A DNA stretch of 64,000 nucleotides. It comes from Adineta vaga. Its lineage: Eukaryota > Animalia > Rotifera. The stretch is from the NCBI GenBank assembly GCA_021613535.1, contig CP075494.1, forward strand, positions 16,554,001-16,618,000, given 5' to 3'. The position numbers were made by a program, and so were the translations under genes. How positions within the stretch are numbered: position 1 is the stretch's first letter; every line of letters begins with the position of its first letter. Shown one piece after another: positions 61,752-64,000 of this stretch. The notes beneath the pieces are model-generated. The model was given only the letters and a program-made list of their open reading frames with translations. It was not told the DNA's origin and searched no databases.

Positions 61752-63406
61752 ATCCTTAACAAGTGTTTATGATTTCGTTTTTTTATTTCACTTGATTTTT
61801 ACCAATGCAAAAAGATAAAAAAAATCTTTCAATAATTTCTTTTTCATGTCAATATTGACATTTATTTTTTATGATATTTTATAAATCAAAAAACTAAATC
61901 TTAAGAGATAATTACAAATAAAAACACTGAGAATATAAAAACTTTTAAATTCAATTGTTCTTTTATAAGTTTCTTGAATAGATATATGTGTAAATAATTG
62001 TAATGTTATTTAATCTTTTAATTTATTCAATTCCAACAATCTATGCTTATTTTTATGTTAATCCTTTAAAATATAATAATATTAGTTTTTATAAATTTCG
62101 TTCATATTTTAATCATATTAAATCTATAATATATTTCGCTTATTATATTTGATCGTTTTGCATTATCATCCTCGAATGTACGTTAATAATTATTAATCAA
62201 CAAACAAGAACAAAAACACATTCAACTTAAACGTGATCAACAATTATTAATTACATTCTTCATATAGTAATGTCATCTGTATCTTTGGAAATTTTATTGA
62301 ATTTAAAACAAAAAAAAAGATACTTATCAATTTTTATATTTGTCCTAAACTTCCATCAACAAAAGGTTCAATTCTAATAATATAACTATACTATTATATC
62401 TGCTTGTTCTTTTAAATCAACAGTTCAACAACGCGAGTAAATGAATGAAGTGCTGATTTTGTACCAATGAAAGTCCTTCAAGAGAAACATAAGAACCACT
62501 GAGTATATAACTTTTTGAACAGTAAATAATGTTGATTTAGCATCGTGAGAGTGTGAGAGACACGGTCTCTCTTTTATTACTTGAAAATTCGTTCTATGTT
62601 CTACTACGTTGTTTTTTTTTTCATTTATTGATTTTCTTGTTCTATTGTTAAAAAAGTCATGAGAATAATAATAATGTAAATACATAAAATAAATTAACAT
62701 TTATTGATATTCATATTGAAAAGAATAAGACTATTTTTAATTATAAGATAGAGATTCAGTATAATGTACTTATTGTTTCTCATTTACATATTATATTTAA
62801 TTGAATAATCATAGATATATGTAAGAACATTAATATAAGTTGCTTTGTTCATTAAAAGATATATCAAAATAAAGAATAATCATAGAAATGATTAAAGTTC
62901 ATCGACATCGTTCACATAATCGAACAAGAAAACAAAGAAAAGTAAGAAAAACAATTGAAAATATTTAAATTTAGTCTAAATAATTCAAAGGGATCTACAC
63001 ATGTTATACATATTCTTTTAAAACCTGTTGATTCTACTTCTCAAATTTCTAATTCCAATAAGACAATACATCAGGTATATCTTCGAAATACTATCCATTG
63101 ATCTAATCTAATATATAAGTTTCAAGTAAAAAATATGATTTCTATTTGAAAACATTTAGAAAATGAAAAATAAATTATCTAATATCAATACGTCGCAGCA
63201 ATTATCGTCGATCTCTCAACATGAGCCAATTACAAAACATACGGTTCCAATCAATTCAAATGAACTGATGGTATCACAAAAAGAAATATCGACCTTTTCG
63301 GTGAGATTTATTAGATCATTTAGATTTATATAAACTCATCTTCTATATATTAATGTAGGAAATCTATAGAGATGTTCATTCTTATTCAACAAAATCAATC
63401 GTATCT

Positions 63407-63710
63407 ATGTTTCCGAAGAAAATAAAACCATTTCATAAACAATTATTCACGTCTAATCGATATGATTATAACATTAAACAGGAAAATATAATTGAAAATA
63501 CTCACAAAATTAAGAAAAAAGAACGACATTATATTTGCCGTAAATTTAGACTGGGATATTCTCTTTGTTGTTGTTGGACAGCTATTTTGACAGCTTTATT
63601 CTTACTTGGTTGTCTTGCAGCTATACTTACTTATTTTCTGACACGACAAAAAGTCATTACAACAACAACGACAACGACGACAACAACATCCGTAACGACA
63701 ACAACTTCAA
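63407..63710 (+). CDS. First exon of a type II membrane protein with Thr-rich stalk; remainder unresolved
   Basis: CCCWTAILTALFLLGCLAAILTYFL followed by poly-Thr and a GTAAAA donor at about 63711. Confidence 0.6.
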
Positions 63711-64000
63711 GTAAAAAATTCTATTTTATATTTATCAAAAAATCTCTGATATTTTAGTACAGTTTCTGAGAAAAGCATATCGTAGAGCTTCTATTAATCA
63801 AAATTTGTCAATTCATTTGAAGATACGATATATGAAATAAATGAAAGATTGTTATATAGAATGTCAGTTAATTAAATCAATATAGTCCAAAGATACTTTT
63901 TGTATGTTTAAGTCTAACTTGCGATAAAAGAAAAAACAAATCTCTTTCATAGTAATGTTAAGAAATTTAAGTTTCACAGAATATGATACAATTTTTAATT

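Noticed and set aside
1-64000. tRNA or rRNA genes
   Set aside because: No cloverleaf or rRNA-like conserved segments noticed by eye; a covariance-model scan was not possible.

Overview
AT-rich eukaryotic DNA with short (about 50-65 nt) GT-AG introns. The gene families present (ART, ART-like/TPR, F-box/LRR-like remnants, orphan 7TM receptors, Ly6-like proteins, several genes of apparently non-animal origin) and TGAGGG/TGTGGG repeats point to a bdelloid rotifer; this is an inference. About 20 genes or gene remnants are interspersed with decayed piggyBac elements, two copies of a non-autonomous Helitron, MITEs and a perfect 236-bp palindrome. Main signals: (1) about 20 short inverted-repeat elements built from bdelloid telomere hexamers (TTGAGGGTGTGGG...spacer...CCCACACCCTCAA) with unique spacers, lying in most intergenic gaps and at several truncation points; (2) one two-exon gene encoding three tandem 2-TM, Cys-rich modules with a DEG/ENaC-like G-L-F/Y-x-G-x-S TM2, possibly a single-chain trimeric channel; (3) a co-oriented ubiquitin/ADP-ribosylation group (UEV, ART, TM-U-box, ankyrin-ubiquitin ending GG-YRH); (4) HGT/immunity-type cargo: a frameshifted, divergent PEP carboxylase, a nucleoside-phosphorylase-like gene, a GT77-like transferase, a CBM52-like repeat peptide and a kinase-less MLKL-like protein. 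All calls come from reading motifs by eye; no searches were run.
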